From the human T2T-CHM13v2.0 reference genome, Homo sapiens, in assembly GCF_009914755.1 (NCBI RefSeq), contig NC_060932.1: a DNA stretch of 64,000 nt, one strand, 5' to 3'. Below, piece by piece: positions 46,229 to 64,000 of this stretch. How positions within the stretch are numbered: position 1 is the stretch's first letter; each line of letters starts with the position of its first letter. The position numbers and the translations under genes are program-made. The notes below the pieces were generated by a model. The model ran no database searches and was not told the origin of the DNA. It saw only the letters and a program-made list of their open reading frames with translations.

Positions 46229-46750
46229 TATCAGTTATCTATTGCTGCAGAGCAAATTACTCTAAACCTGAGCAATTTAAAGCAAATATTTATTCTATTG
46301 CAGTTTTTCTGGGTAAGAATCCAGAAGCAGCTTAGCAGAATGGTTCTGATTTAGAGTCTTTCATGAGGCTGCAGTCAGGTTGTTGAGCAGGGCTGAGATC
46401 AATTGGAGGAGCTAGAGAATTGGCTCCCAAGCATACCCAGAGGGCCCATGGCAAGACACTTTGGTTTCTTGCCACTTGGGTCCCTCCCTTGGGCTACCCA
46501 GGTTATGGCAGCTGGTGTCCTCTAGTGAAAGTGATGAGGGAGAGAGAGGGAGAGGTTGTCAGGAGAAGAGGGGAGGGAAAGCCCAAGTCAGAAATCCCAG
46601 TCTTTAATAACCTAACCTTGGAAGTGATGTATCATCACTACAGCTGTATAGGATTGGCCACATAGACCAGCCCTGGTACAACATGCTAGGAGACCACACA
46701 GGATATGAATACCAGGATGGGCAATAATTGAGGGCCAGCTTGCAGGCTTT
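46229..46750 (-). mobile_element. MLT1F/H-like MaLR LTR
   Basis: TATCAGTTATCTATTGCTGC...GGGTAAGAATCCAGAAGCAGCTTAGC...TTCATGAGGCTGCAGTCA. Confidence 0.72.
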
Positions 46751-47021
46751 TTACCCTCTTAACTTATAATAGTTACATTATAACTGTAGATATAGACCAT
46801 AGGAAAGTAAACAAATCAATTACAATCAATAGTTACAGAAGAGGCAACCATGACTTAAGATGAAGCCTGAAGGATGAGAAGGAACTGCTCCTACATAGGG
46901 CATACCCAGACACCCACGTTTATATTTTATATTACCGTCATAATAATAGAAATGAAATTAAGGATGAGTGCATGGTTTGTCTAAACATGGAATTTTGCTC
47001 CTGCATAAATACTTAAAGGCA

Positions 47022-47464
47022 TGTTGACACAGGGCAGGCAAACCCTAAAATTGGGGCTTAGCCCAGGAGGGTTTTTGGCTTCACCCAGCAAAGAATTCAA
47101 GGGTGAGTGGTGGTGTAAGACAGCAATTTTTATTGAAGTGACAGTGCACAGCAACAGAGGTACTGCTCCTTGTGGAGCAGGGTTACCCCATAGGCAGTGT
47201 GCCCAGGCTAGCAGCTCAGAGGCAGTTCTGCAGTCATATTTACACCCACTTTTAATTACATGCAAATTAAGGGGTAGGTTATTCAGATATTTCTAAAAAA
47301 GGGGGGAGGGGTGGGTGGTAACTTCCAAGTGTTGCCATAGCAATGGTAAACTGACATGACACTGGTGGGCATGTCTTATGGAGAGGTACTTCCACCTCTT
47401 CCCTGTCTGAAGTAATCAGAGTTCAAGTCCCTGCCTCCACAGTCAAGTCCTGCCTCCTACCTCA
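47022..47464 (-). mobile_element. ERV1-class solo LTR (MER66/MER48-like; family uncertain)
   Basis: TG...CA termini; reverse complement starts TGAGGTAGGAGGCAGGACTTGAC; minus-strand AATAAA near 47128-47133. Confidence 0.7.
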
Positions 47465-50400
47465 ATGTAACCATCCAGCCTGGCTAATTCCACCTGTCTT
47501 TCTTGTTGCCCAGGGCCTGCAAGAAAGGACTTTTTGAACTCAATTGAACTCTAAATACAAGGCAGTTGGACTTGAGATTTTCCTGCTATTTGTAATTATG
47601 TCATTGTGTTTCATGTTCCAAGGCTGAACTCTAAGAGTGAGCTTACAGAAGGGGAAAAATCATCCAGAAAAGAGAATTAAAAAGCCTTATCATGACTCTT
47701 GCACATTTAGAAGTAAAAGTCTGGACAGATTCAACTTTATGGTCCTCTACAAGCCTTCTCCTTTCCAATCAGGGATGCATCTATAATCCATTCATCCACA
47801 AGACAAACACTGCTTCTCTTTGTTTAAAAATATTTTTAATTTAATCATCACTGTTGCTGGCTCTGCTTCAGGCCTCATAATAGACAACATTCTTTCTCCA
47901 TTGAATTAAATTCGCCACCAGGGTTTGCCAGATCTGTGGACTGCACTCTCGACAGAAGCAAACGCTATCCAGAGCGCTCAAAGAAACATCAGTCAGCCTG
48001 TCATTGGCATGTTGTTTCTCATATGTAGGAAATGGAAATTGAAAAGGCTGGTCATGTTCAGAAATACTAATATGGCCCACGTAGCCATCTTCGGGTTTTT
48101 TAGTTAGAAGATGTTCTGTGCCCCGACCCCTGCCCAGCTCTCATGGCAGATCTTTAAAGACTGGCATTAATCATCTGAGTATCATTTGCTTTGTCCACAG
48201 ACAAGAGCACTCACTATCTAGATGAAAAAATAATTCCAGAATTAACTGTGCAATGTAAATACAATGCCCAGTGGAATGTAAAAACCTTTGAAGCTATGGC
48301 CAAATCAACAATGTACTATGCCTTTTGGATAGAGGAAGAGAAAACCTGGTTCTAGCTAACCCTGACCTTTCAAACTAAGTAGAAATCCAGGGAATAACAA
48401 TGTGCAGGTATATCATGTGCTACAGGTCCTTGCTGCAACAGTTATGGCCCAAACTGGTCCATCCAGAGTTTGAGTTAATTGCAACCATTGGCTGTTTTTG
48501 CAACATGCAAAAAAAAAAAAATAGTATCAGAAGGCGAGGTTGCCTTTTATTGCAGATGACCACCCATGTTTAAGGTCCCTGAGCATGTTGACATGGTACC
48601 AGAAAATGGCATTGAAAGTACCCATGATACACTTACTGATTCTTTTAATTAATTAGGGCTTAGTCTCAAGAGACTGCTACTTAATTCAGGCTCATCCTAG
48701 GTCTTTAGCTATCCTGAGGAACTTTATATTAGGAGGCTGCCATATGTTCACACAATTTAGTTATAGATTTAACTATCAAAACAATGTACTCAGTTATTCA
48801 ATATTTAAACATAGTGTTTTTTCGTGTTTTCTATTGCAAAGGTTTTCTTTCTTCTGAGGGCCATAGTCAATGTATTAGAAGTTTCTTTTCAATGGAAAAT
48901 TGTATACATTTTCATTCCACAAAGTCAAAGCTGGGCTGTTCTTGTGTCATGAAACTCACTGAAGCAGCTGAGTTATTATATTGGTGAAATTAATTATTAA
49001 AATGAAGACATGCTTTGTTCTGCTTTAAAAGAAAGATAAAAGCTTGAACAATTAAAAATGGTTTTCTATTATAGCTAATGTGCAATATGGATTCCAACAT
49101 AATTAGTTAAGTCTGCAAAATTATTTTTATATTATCTAAGGCTTCATTTAACACATTTATACATTCATTCATTTATTCGCTCAAAAATATTGTCTTCTGA
49201 GCACCAAATCTTGTGAAGGAAAATGGAAATATAAAAGTAAGTAAAACTTAGGTCTTGTTGTTTGTAAGCTCTTTACTTAATATATCTATGAATTCCCTTG
49301 GTCCAGGAAGTAAACAGGGTGTTAAATGGACCGTCTGTGGTTCTCTTTCCAAAAACCTGACGTTTCTCTGAGAAATATGTTGTACCAATACGTTCACTAT
49401 TTTGTTCTGGACACAGTCCAAATTTGCCTTATAAAATTTAATTTTACTTAATTGAAATGTGCCTTCTGGTGTTTGCAGTGCTCTAATGAGCATAAATCAA
49501 TTTATTTAAACCAGAGTCATCTTAAATACTTGTGGGTTTTTTTTATTTGCTTGGTGGCTATATTTTGTTTTTATCAACATTGGTAGATACTAGTTCTTTT
49601 AAAAAATGAATTATAATCACATTCCCTTGTAATTATATTTTAGAAAACAGAAAGAAAACTGATGTCGTGTAGTACATTTTGTACAACCAATAAGTATCAC
49701 TTGATTGGGCAGTTTCTTCCATTTTCCATAAATTGACTTCAGCTTGGAACTTTTCCTAATGACAATAGTTTCCAGTGTCACCTTCATGTATCAAGAGAAA
49801 AATCACTGATAATTTTCATGAGAAATTAAATAATTTCTCACTTTGTTTCAAGATGGCATTTCCAATAGAGTAATTGCTCAGAAATGAACAGGATAGAAAA
49901 ACAGCTGCCGAAAAGGTGAAATGTAAGGAAAACGTACAATGACTTGAAGCTGATACATGTATGTTTCTTTAGGAGATTCTGGTGCTCTTCTAATTGCCTA
50001 AGCTGAGGGCTCACCCATCATTGCACCAGGATTCTGCATTGCTTCCCTCAATCTTTTCTTATCATCTTCTACTTCGAATTTAAATTAATAGAAACTTAAC
50101 TAGCCAAGGGCTCTGGCGCTTTGTGAAAAACTTAACACAGAATGTATCTGCAGGTATAATTCCTTTTTTTTCACAGCCACACTTGGAATCCATAGACAAA
50201 ACCAAGTCTGTCTGGCCCCATAAAGCTACAAAAATATTTGCAATACCCCCTTGTTTGTCTCCTTATTAATTTTTACTGATTTATGCTTTCTTCTTCCTCC
50301 CTCTCACTTTATCAAATTTCTCCATAAGGCCTTAAATAAAAAATCTTTGTGAAAAAAATGTGATTTGAATAGCACTTTTCATCCTCAAAGCCTGTCTTAG

Positions 50401-50488
50401 CTTATTTATTGATAAGAGGAATGATGTTGTCAATTGTTTAACAATTCACTCATTCATTGACTCAGTTGATCAGTCAGGTTTCAGACTA

Positions 50489-53481
<2,993 letters not shown>

Positions 53482-53925
53482 AATAATTGAGTGACTCCCA
53501 CAGGAACAATGAGTACCTCTAACTGACCCGATCTCTGTTTCAAGATACTAATTTTATCTATAATCGTCTAGGCTTCCTGGAGAAATAAGTGATTCCAGGT
53601 AAAACTTCCAGGCAAGCTTTGGACAGTTTAGTGTGCTGGAAAGCAAAGATCTATTTAAAGCATAATTAAGTTGTGTCAATAGAAGTTAGGATCTGACCAG
53701 AAGGGACTCACACTGGTTACATAGGGCATAACTTGAGGGAAAAAAAAAAGACAAACACCAACAGCAATTGCAGCACACTTAACAATAATAATAATAATAA
53801 TTTAAAAATACTCAGCACCACAAAATACTTGAAAAATGGCAAGCAAACCCTCTCCTTCTCAGAAAAATGCAACATCATAGAATTATGTGGTGATAGAAGT
53901 AGGTGATAAAACTAGGAAGTCACTG

Positions 53926-54223
53926 TTTTTTTTTTTTTTTTTTTTTTTTTTTGAGATGGAGTTTTGCTCTTGTTGCCCAGGCTAGAGTACAATGGCTCGA
54001 TCTCAGCTCACCACAACCTCCGCCTCCCGGGTTCAAGTGATTCTTCTGCTTCAGTCTCCCAAGTAGCTGAGATTACAGGTGTGGGCCACCATGCCCAGCT
54101 AATTTTGTAGACGGGGTTTCTCCATGTTTGTCAGGCTGGTCTCAAACTCTTGACCTCAAATGATCCGCCTTCCTTGGCTTCCCAAAGTGCTGAGATTACA
54201 GGCGTGAGCCACCTCATCAAGCT
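53926..54223 (-). mobile_element. AluSp/Sq-like
   Basis: Poly-T, GCTCTTGTTGCCCAGG..ACAATGG; TSD GGAAGTCAC. Confidence 0.9.
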
Positions 54224-54449
54224 GGAAGTCACCAATTTTTAACATCTAACATAATAAAATGATGCATAAAAGACTGACAAATAGAAGTTAAAACCATTGT
54301 GTAAAATATTGTGGGGAAAACAGATATTTACAAAATCTCAAAGTGTCACTATCCCAATTATTTACTACTTCAAGGGAAATAGCACCTTTACAATGGAGTG
54401 ATGACAGTCCACTGGAACCAGATAATCCAATTTAGCATTACCAAGAGTG

Positions 54450-54782
54450 GTGATGCAGGTCCTTTACATGTGGAGGAGGAGAGCAAAGGAGTCAAAGTGA
54501 TATACTGTGAGAAAGGTTCACGTGAGCGTTGCTGGCTTTGAAGATGTAAGAGAGCCATGAGTCAAGGAATGCAGGTGGCCTCCAAAAACCCCAAAAGGCA
54601 AGACAATGGATTCTCCCCTAAAAGACTGAGAAAGGAATACAGTCCTTCTTATACCTTGATTTTATCCCAATGAGATCCAATACAAACTTCTGACCTCCAG
54701 ATAATAGGGTGATAAATCTGTGTTGGTTTTAGGGCACTAAATTTGGAGTGATTTGGTATAGTTACAATAGCAAACTAATATA
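54450..54782 (+). mobile_element. MLT1D-like LTR fragment
   Basis: TTGCTGGCTTTGAAGATG..AGCCATGAGTCAAGGAATGCAGGTGGCCTC..ATGGATTCTCCCCTA. Confidence 0.8.
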
Positions 54783-56554
54783 CCTATAAAGATCATTTTA
54801 GGGACAATTGGTAAATTTGAATATGGACTATACATTAGATGACATTATGAAATTGTTGTTCATGTTATGAGGCGTGTTAATATTATTGTGGTTATATTGG
54901 AACATGTCCTCATTCAAGGATATATGTTCTGGAGTATTTAAGGGTGAAGTATCATCAGGGTTGCAGACTTTTAAAAATGATTCTGCAAAAAATACATAAA
55001 TATGCACGCACAGAGGTAGAAACAGTGAGAGTGAGAGAGAGAGAGGAAATGTGGCAAATATTAACAACTGGTGACTCCAGATGAAGTATATATATATATT
55101 TTGTACAAATCTTTGAATTATTCATTAAGGCTTAAAATTTTTCAACATAAAATGTTGGAAGAAAAATCATTTCAGTTATCTGGGAAAATGCATAAGATGA
55201 AAGATTTTCTTCTTTCTTTATTCTTATTAATTAACAATGCAAAGTAGTAAATGATGAAGTGTCAAAATGAATGGTACTGAGAGGTTATAAAGATTCATAG
55301 ACAGAAGAGCACAGCATGGCCCTGAGTTTTGATGAAGGCCTTTTGGAGGAGGTAAAACATGAGTTGAATCTTGAAGAGTAAGTAGAGGAATGGGGATGTG
55401 CTTTCCATGAAAAGGATGCAGCAGGAGCGTGTGAGCTACGTGAGGGACTGGGGGAATGGAAGAATGAGCCAAGGGTGGGGGTATGGAGATCTCAATGTGC
55501 CACACTGGAATATCAAGGAAAGACCCACAGAGTATGGGTTATTCTCCACACCAGGACAGCTTCGAAAGGGAAAGGAGGTAACAGGTAGGGCAATTTGATG
55601 CCAACCAATCCACAGGACCACCCTATTTGAAGGAGACGGACTTGTAAAGATGAGCATTTTCAATGAGCGAATACATGATATTTAGAAAAGGAATCAACTA
55701 GAAGAAAAACAGAGCTGTAAGATTTAGGAAGATCAGTTTGGTAGCATGTGATGCATAAAATAGATTTGGAGGAATCTTGGATCAGAGACTTGGGAAGCAG
55801 TTAGGATATTGTTTCTGTAATCTGGTGTGAGGGGACCAATGTCTTGCCCCAGCAGAAAAGCCAAAGTTAGATTTTTCTCTTTCTTCATTTATTTTTATTT
55901 TTTTGGAAGGAAGGGTTTGAGGAGAGGTTTTTATTTGGTCTGTTTTATTTAAATATGCTTTCAACCTGCCATCCTCCCAAAGAGCTTCCTTATATCTATC
56001 TAGAAAATAGAATGTTTACCTAGTTGGGGGAAGGAGTGCTTGGCTCTTGCTCCTCAGATGGTTTCACAACTATCTTGCGCAAGTCCTGTGTTCTTTCCTT
56101 TGCTTCAAGGGGGGTGCGCTTTCGAATCTCAAAAGAAAGTGATTCCTTTCTTCCTGTGTATACTGTCTGTCACCCCACCTTTGAAACATTAAATGAAGGC
56201 TACCCTAGCTGAATGAATGTGGGAAGAGCCAAGGGATATAATAAACAAACAAGGGTAAAAACAACATAAACAGCATTCCAAAATATCAGTCCACCAAAAT
56301 TAGAATAACATGTAAGAAATGTTTTATCATCTGTAGGTATGAAATGCTATGAGAAAACAAGAGAAATCTCCCCGGACAGTGGGCAAAAGAAGGTGTTAAT
56401 AAAAGAGTCTCACAAATGAGAGTCAAATAAATAGAATGACTATTTTATTTCAGCCTTAAAGAATAAATAGGCATTTATCTTTAGACAGGCAAGAGGGAGA
56501 AAAACAAGAGGTACAACAGCAGCAGAGGAAGAGCAGAGCAGCAAGTAAGATGTC

Positions 56555-56694
56555 AAGCTCTGAAATCAGACAGGACAAGCCTAGGTTCCAATTGTGATTT
56601 ACCAGCTCTAAGCTGGGTAATCCTGGACGGTTAGTTAAGCTCTCTTAGCCTCGGTTTGCTCATTTGTAAAATGGGTTATGATAATACAGATTTT
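56555..56694 (+). mobile_element. MIR, 5' part; continues at 62582-62650 after the L1 insertion
   Basis: GCTCTGAAATCAGAC..GCCTCGGTTTGCTCATTTGTAAAATGGG is the MIR core. Confidence 0.8.
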
Positions 56695-56904
56695 TTTTTA
56701 TTATACTTTAAGTTTTAGGGTACATGTGCACATTGTGCGGGTTAGATACATATGTATACATGTGCCATGCTGGTGTGCTGCACCCACTAACTCATCATCT
56801 AGCATTAGGTATATCTCCCGATGCTATCCCTCCCCCCTCCCCCCACCCCACAACAGTCCCCAGAGTGTGATGTTCCCCTTCCTGTGTCCATGTGATCTCA
56901 TTGT

Positions 56905-60737
<3,833 letters not shown>

Positions 60738-60793
60738 TTAGCTGGTGATTTTGCTTGTTAGTTGATGCAGTTTCTTCCTATTCTCGATGGTCT

Positions 60794-61678
60794 TTACATT
60801 TTGGCATGATTTTGCAGCGGCTGGTACTGGTTGTTCCTTTCCATGTTTAGCGCTTCCTTCAGGAGCTCTTTTAGGGCAGGCCTGGTGGTGACAAAATCTC
60901 TCAGCATTGGCTTGTCTGTAAAGTATTTTATTTCTCCTTCACTTATGAAGCTTAGTTTGGCTGGATATGAAATTCTGGGTTGAAAATTCTTTTCTTTAAG
61001 AATGTTGAATATTGGCCCCCACTCTCTTCTGGCTTGTAGGGTTTCTGCCGAGAGATCCGCTGTTAGTCTGATGGGCTTCCGTTTGAGGGTAACCCAACCT
61101 TTCTCTCTGGCTGCCCTTAACATTTTTTCCTTCATTTCAACTTTGGTGAATCTGACAATTATGTGTCTTGGAGTTGCTCTTCTCGAGGGGTATCTTTGTG
61201 GCGTTCTCTGTATTTCCTGAATCTGAACGTTGGCCTGCCTTGCTAGATTGGGGAAGTTCTCCTGGATAATATCCTGCAGAGTGTTTTCCAACTTGGTTCC
61301 ATTCTCCCCATTACTTTCAGGTACACCAATCAGACGTAGATTTGGTCTTTTCACATAGTCCCATATTTCTTGGAGGCTTTGCTCACGAGCCTTGGTTTTC
61401 AGCTCCATCAGCTCCTTTAAGCACTTCTCTGTATTGGTTATTCTAGTTATACATTCTTCTAAATTTTTTTCAAAGTTTTCAACTTCTTTGCCTTTGGTTT
61501 GAATGTCCTCCCGTAGCTCAGAGTAATTTGATCGTCTGAAGCCTTCTTCTCTCAGCTCGTCAAAGTCATTCTCCATCCAGCTTTGTTCCGTTGCTGGTGA
61601 GGAACTGCGTTCCTTTGGAGGAGGAGAGACGTTCTGCGTTTTAGAGTTTCCAGTTTTTCTGTTCTGTTTTTTCCCCAT
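60794..61678 (-). CDS. ORF1: L1 ORF1p, open but with a 44-aa in-frame coiled-coil deletion (294 aa vs canonical 338)
   Basis: MGKKQNRKTGNSK...; junction ELKTKARE|QSLQEIWDY; REKG, ARR and YPAKLS motifs retained. Confidence 0.92.
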   Translation of the reverse strand: MGKKQNRKTGNSKTQNVSPPPKERSSSPATEQSWMENDFDELREEGFRRSNYSELREDIQTKGKEVENFEKNLEECITRITNTEKCLKELMELKTKAREQSLQEIWDYVKRPNLRLIGVPESNGENGTKLENTLQDIIQENFPNLARQANVQIQEIQRTPQRYPSRRATPRHIIVRFTKVEMKEKMLRAAREKGWVTLKRKPIRLTADLSAETLQARREWGPIFNILKEKNFQPRISYPAKLSFISEGEIKYFTDKPMLRDFVTTRPALKELLKEALNMERNNQYQPLQNHAKM

Positions 61679-62581
61679 CTTTGTGGTTTTATCTACTTTT
61701 GGTCTTTGATGATGGTGATGTACAGATGGGTTTTCGGTGTGGATGTCCTTTCTGTTTGTTAGTTTTCCTTCTAACAGACAGGACCCTCAGCTGCAGGTCT
61801 GTTGGAATACCCTGCCGTGTGAGGTGTCAGTGTGCCCCTGCTGGGGGGTGCCTCCCAGTTAGGCTGCTCGGGGGTCAGGGGTCCGGGACCCACTTGAGGA
61901 GGCAGTCTGCCAGTTCTCAGATCTCCAGCTGCGTGCTAGGAGAACCACTGCTCTCTTCAAGGCTGTCAGACAGGGACATTTAAGTCTGCAGAGGTTACTG
62001 CTGTCTTTTTGTTTGTCTGTGCCCTGCCCCCAGAGGTGGAGCCTACAGAGGCAGGCAGGCCTCCTTGAGCTGTGGTGGGCTCCACCCAGTTCGAGCTTCC
62101 CGGCTGCTTTGTTTACCTAAGCAAGCCTGGGCAATGGCGGGCGCCCCTCCCCCAGCCTCACTGCCGCCTTGCAGTTTGATCTCAGACTGCTGTGCTAGCA
62201 ATCAGCGAGATTCCGTGGGCCTAGGACCCTCCGAGCCAGGTGTGGGATATAGTCTCGTGGTGCGCCGTTTTTTAAGCCGGTCTGAAAAGCGCAATATTCG
62301 GGTAGGAGTGACCCGATTTTCCAGGTGCGTCCGTCACCCCTTTCTTTGACTCGGAAAGGGAACTCCCTGCCCCCTTGCGCTTCCCAGGTGAGGCAATGCC
62401 TCGCCCTGCTTGGGCTCGCACACAGTGCACGCACCAACTGGCCTACGCCCACTGTCTGGCACTCCCTAGTGAGATGAACCCGGTACCTCAGATGGAAATG
62501 CAGAAATCACCCGTCTTCTGCGTTGCTCACGCTGGGAGCTGTAGACCGGAGCTGTTCCTATTCGGCCATCTTGGCTCCTCC
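61679..62581 (-). promoter_or_regulatory. L1 5'UTR with sense and antisense promoters; YY1 site at 62563-62572
   Basis: CpG-rich; AAGATGGCCG on minus strand; GGGTATTCCAACAGACC junction near 61800 marks the 129-bp-deleted type. Confidence 0.9.
62134..62349 (+). CDS. ORF0: L1 antisense ORF0 (71 aa), intact
   Basis: MAGAPPPASLPPCSLISDCCASNQRDSVGLGPSEPGVGYSLVVRRFLSRSEKRNIRVGVTRFSRCVRHPFL; strong Kozak GCAATGG. Confidence 0.88.
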   Translation: MAGAPPPASLPPCSLISDCCASNQRDSVGLGPSEPGVGYSLVVRRFLSRSEKRNIRVGVTRFSRCVRHPFL

Positions 62582-63599
62582 GATAATACAGATTTTATAG
62601 CTTGTGTGTGAAGAAAAAAATAGATGACGCATATAAAACACTAAGCACTAAACTAGCATTAACAGAATTAAGGTAATGACAGTAGGGGAGATAAGATTTG
62701 AGCTTTATTTTGGGCAGATGAAAGATTTGGTGCCTGACAAGATATGGGAACAGTGGAGACAGGAAGTGAATTAAAGATGGATTCCAGTCTGGGCAATGGG
62801 CAGTGACCAATTTAGGCAAGGAGGGCCAGGTTTCTGAGAAGCAGTGAAATCATTCTGGTTTACAGGTGGTGAGACAGAGATTTTGTAGCACAGTCATGTG
62901 AAAGCACTCTTAGCTGCTAGAAATATGTGTAATAGGACCGAGTGCCCTCTCCCTTTTCCAATACAAACTAATAATGCTGAATTGATCTTCCTAATGCAAA
63001 GCTCACACAATGAAAAGACACTGATCACTGCCAAGCCTAAATAGCTCCAAAAATGTCAGAATGTAGAGTTAATTAAAGCAGTGAATCATTATTAAACATA
63101 TTTATCTGTATCAGAAACTATGCTAGGAAGTTATAGGTTACGGTGCCAACAACAGTCCATTATTTCATTATTTATTCCTCCCCACGGTGGACAGGGGGCA
63201 TTTTAACATAAAAAGGCATTGAAGTCATATTGGGAGAAGCAAAAAATAGTATTAAATGGGAAGTGTATTTGTCTTTTTGCTGCTGCATTCTGAAGAATTA
63301 AGATCCACTGTTTGCCTCCAGAATAGAACTGTTAGTGTGTCTTTCTTTGGCTGACTGCGGGATGCTGGCCAGATAGAGCTATGAGCCAGAAAAAGGCAAA
63401 AAGATGGAAAATGAAGAAATGCAGCAGATCCAGTGAGTAAGTACACAGTTGAGGAGGTTTCTGTATAACATGAAAGGCCACATCATGGGCACAGAACAGA
63501 ATTCTTTTGTACCTTCTTTTTAACCCTCAGAATTGTTGTAAGCAATTACCAGAAAGAAGGAATTCTTCTAGCAATAGATTGTCCTTGTGTGCCATCCTG

Positions 63600-63985
63600 A
63601 TATAGTAGAAGAGGACAGTAACACTGGGGTCTGGCACTCAGGAGTGAAGTTAGGAGTAGAATGCAGCTTTGGGGATCGTTGAAGTCAGAGATTTGGTAAA
63701 ATCACCTGGGAAGAGCATAGATTGAGAAAAGAGAGCTTGAAGGATATGCCTGAAGAAAAGATTAAGTTTTAATGTGGACTTGAATAAAAAATTCACCAAA
63801 TAAGACTGGGCAGAGTGCCTAGAGAGGCAGGGAAGAATCTGAGAAAAAGGGGTGTGAATGAGAAGAAAGAGAAAGAAAAACTTCCACTGGATTGTGTCAT
63901 TGTTCTACTTGCAGTCATCAACAAACCAATTTTAGCCTCCTGGAGATGGCAAAAACCAGATTTTAGTAGGCTGAAGTAATAAGGA
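63600..63985 (-). mobile_element. L2 remnant
   Basis: GGGTCTGGCACTCAGGAG..TTTGGGGATC..AATCACCTGGGAAGAG..CCACTGGATT are L2 motifs. Confidence 0.55.
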
Positions 63986-64000
63986 ATTAGTAAAGGCAGC

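Larger units (their letters stand above)
53780..55160 (+). mobile_element. L1ME-like 3' region with nested Alu and MLT1D
   Basis: TTTAGGGACAATTGGTAAATTTGAATATGGACT...AAATGTGGCAAAT. Confidence 0.6.

Overview
Eukaryotic, AT-rich, repeat-dense DNA from a human or great-ape genome. Evidence is AluJ/S/Y and L1PA2-grade LINE-1s whose 5'UTR lacks the 129-bp ZNF93-bound segment. I find no convincing host exon, RNA gene or CpG-island promoter, so this reads as intergenic or deep-intronic DNA; I cannot name the locus. Nearly all long ORFs belong to transposons: a near-full-length young L1 (56695-62581, minus strand), two 5'-inverted twin-primed L1s (41919-43866, 50528-53481) and a 5'-deleted HERV-L with RT, RNaseH, integrase, dUTPase and an MLT2A LTR (35786-39564). 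The rest is about 19 Alus, solo LTRs, old L1M, L2, MIR and DNA-transposon fossils. I see no support for a new multi-gene system. The best leads are: (1) two neighbouring, independently inserted young L1s share several non-consensus changes, including FADD->CADD in the RT catalytic motif; (2) an in-frame 44-aa coiled-coil deletion in an otherwise open ORF1, with intact antisense ORF0; (3) several locally templated insertion and fold-back scars. Subfamily names come from recalled consensus sequences, and boundaries of old repeats are approximate.
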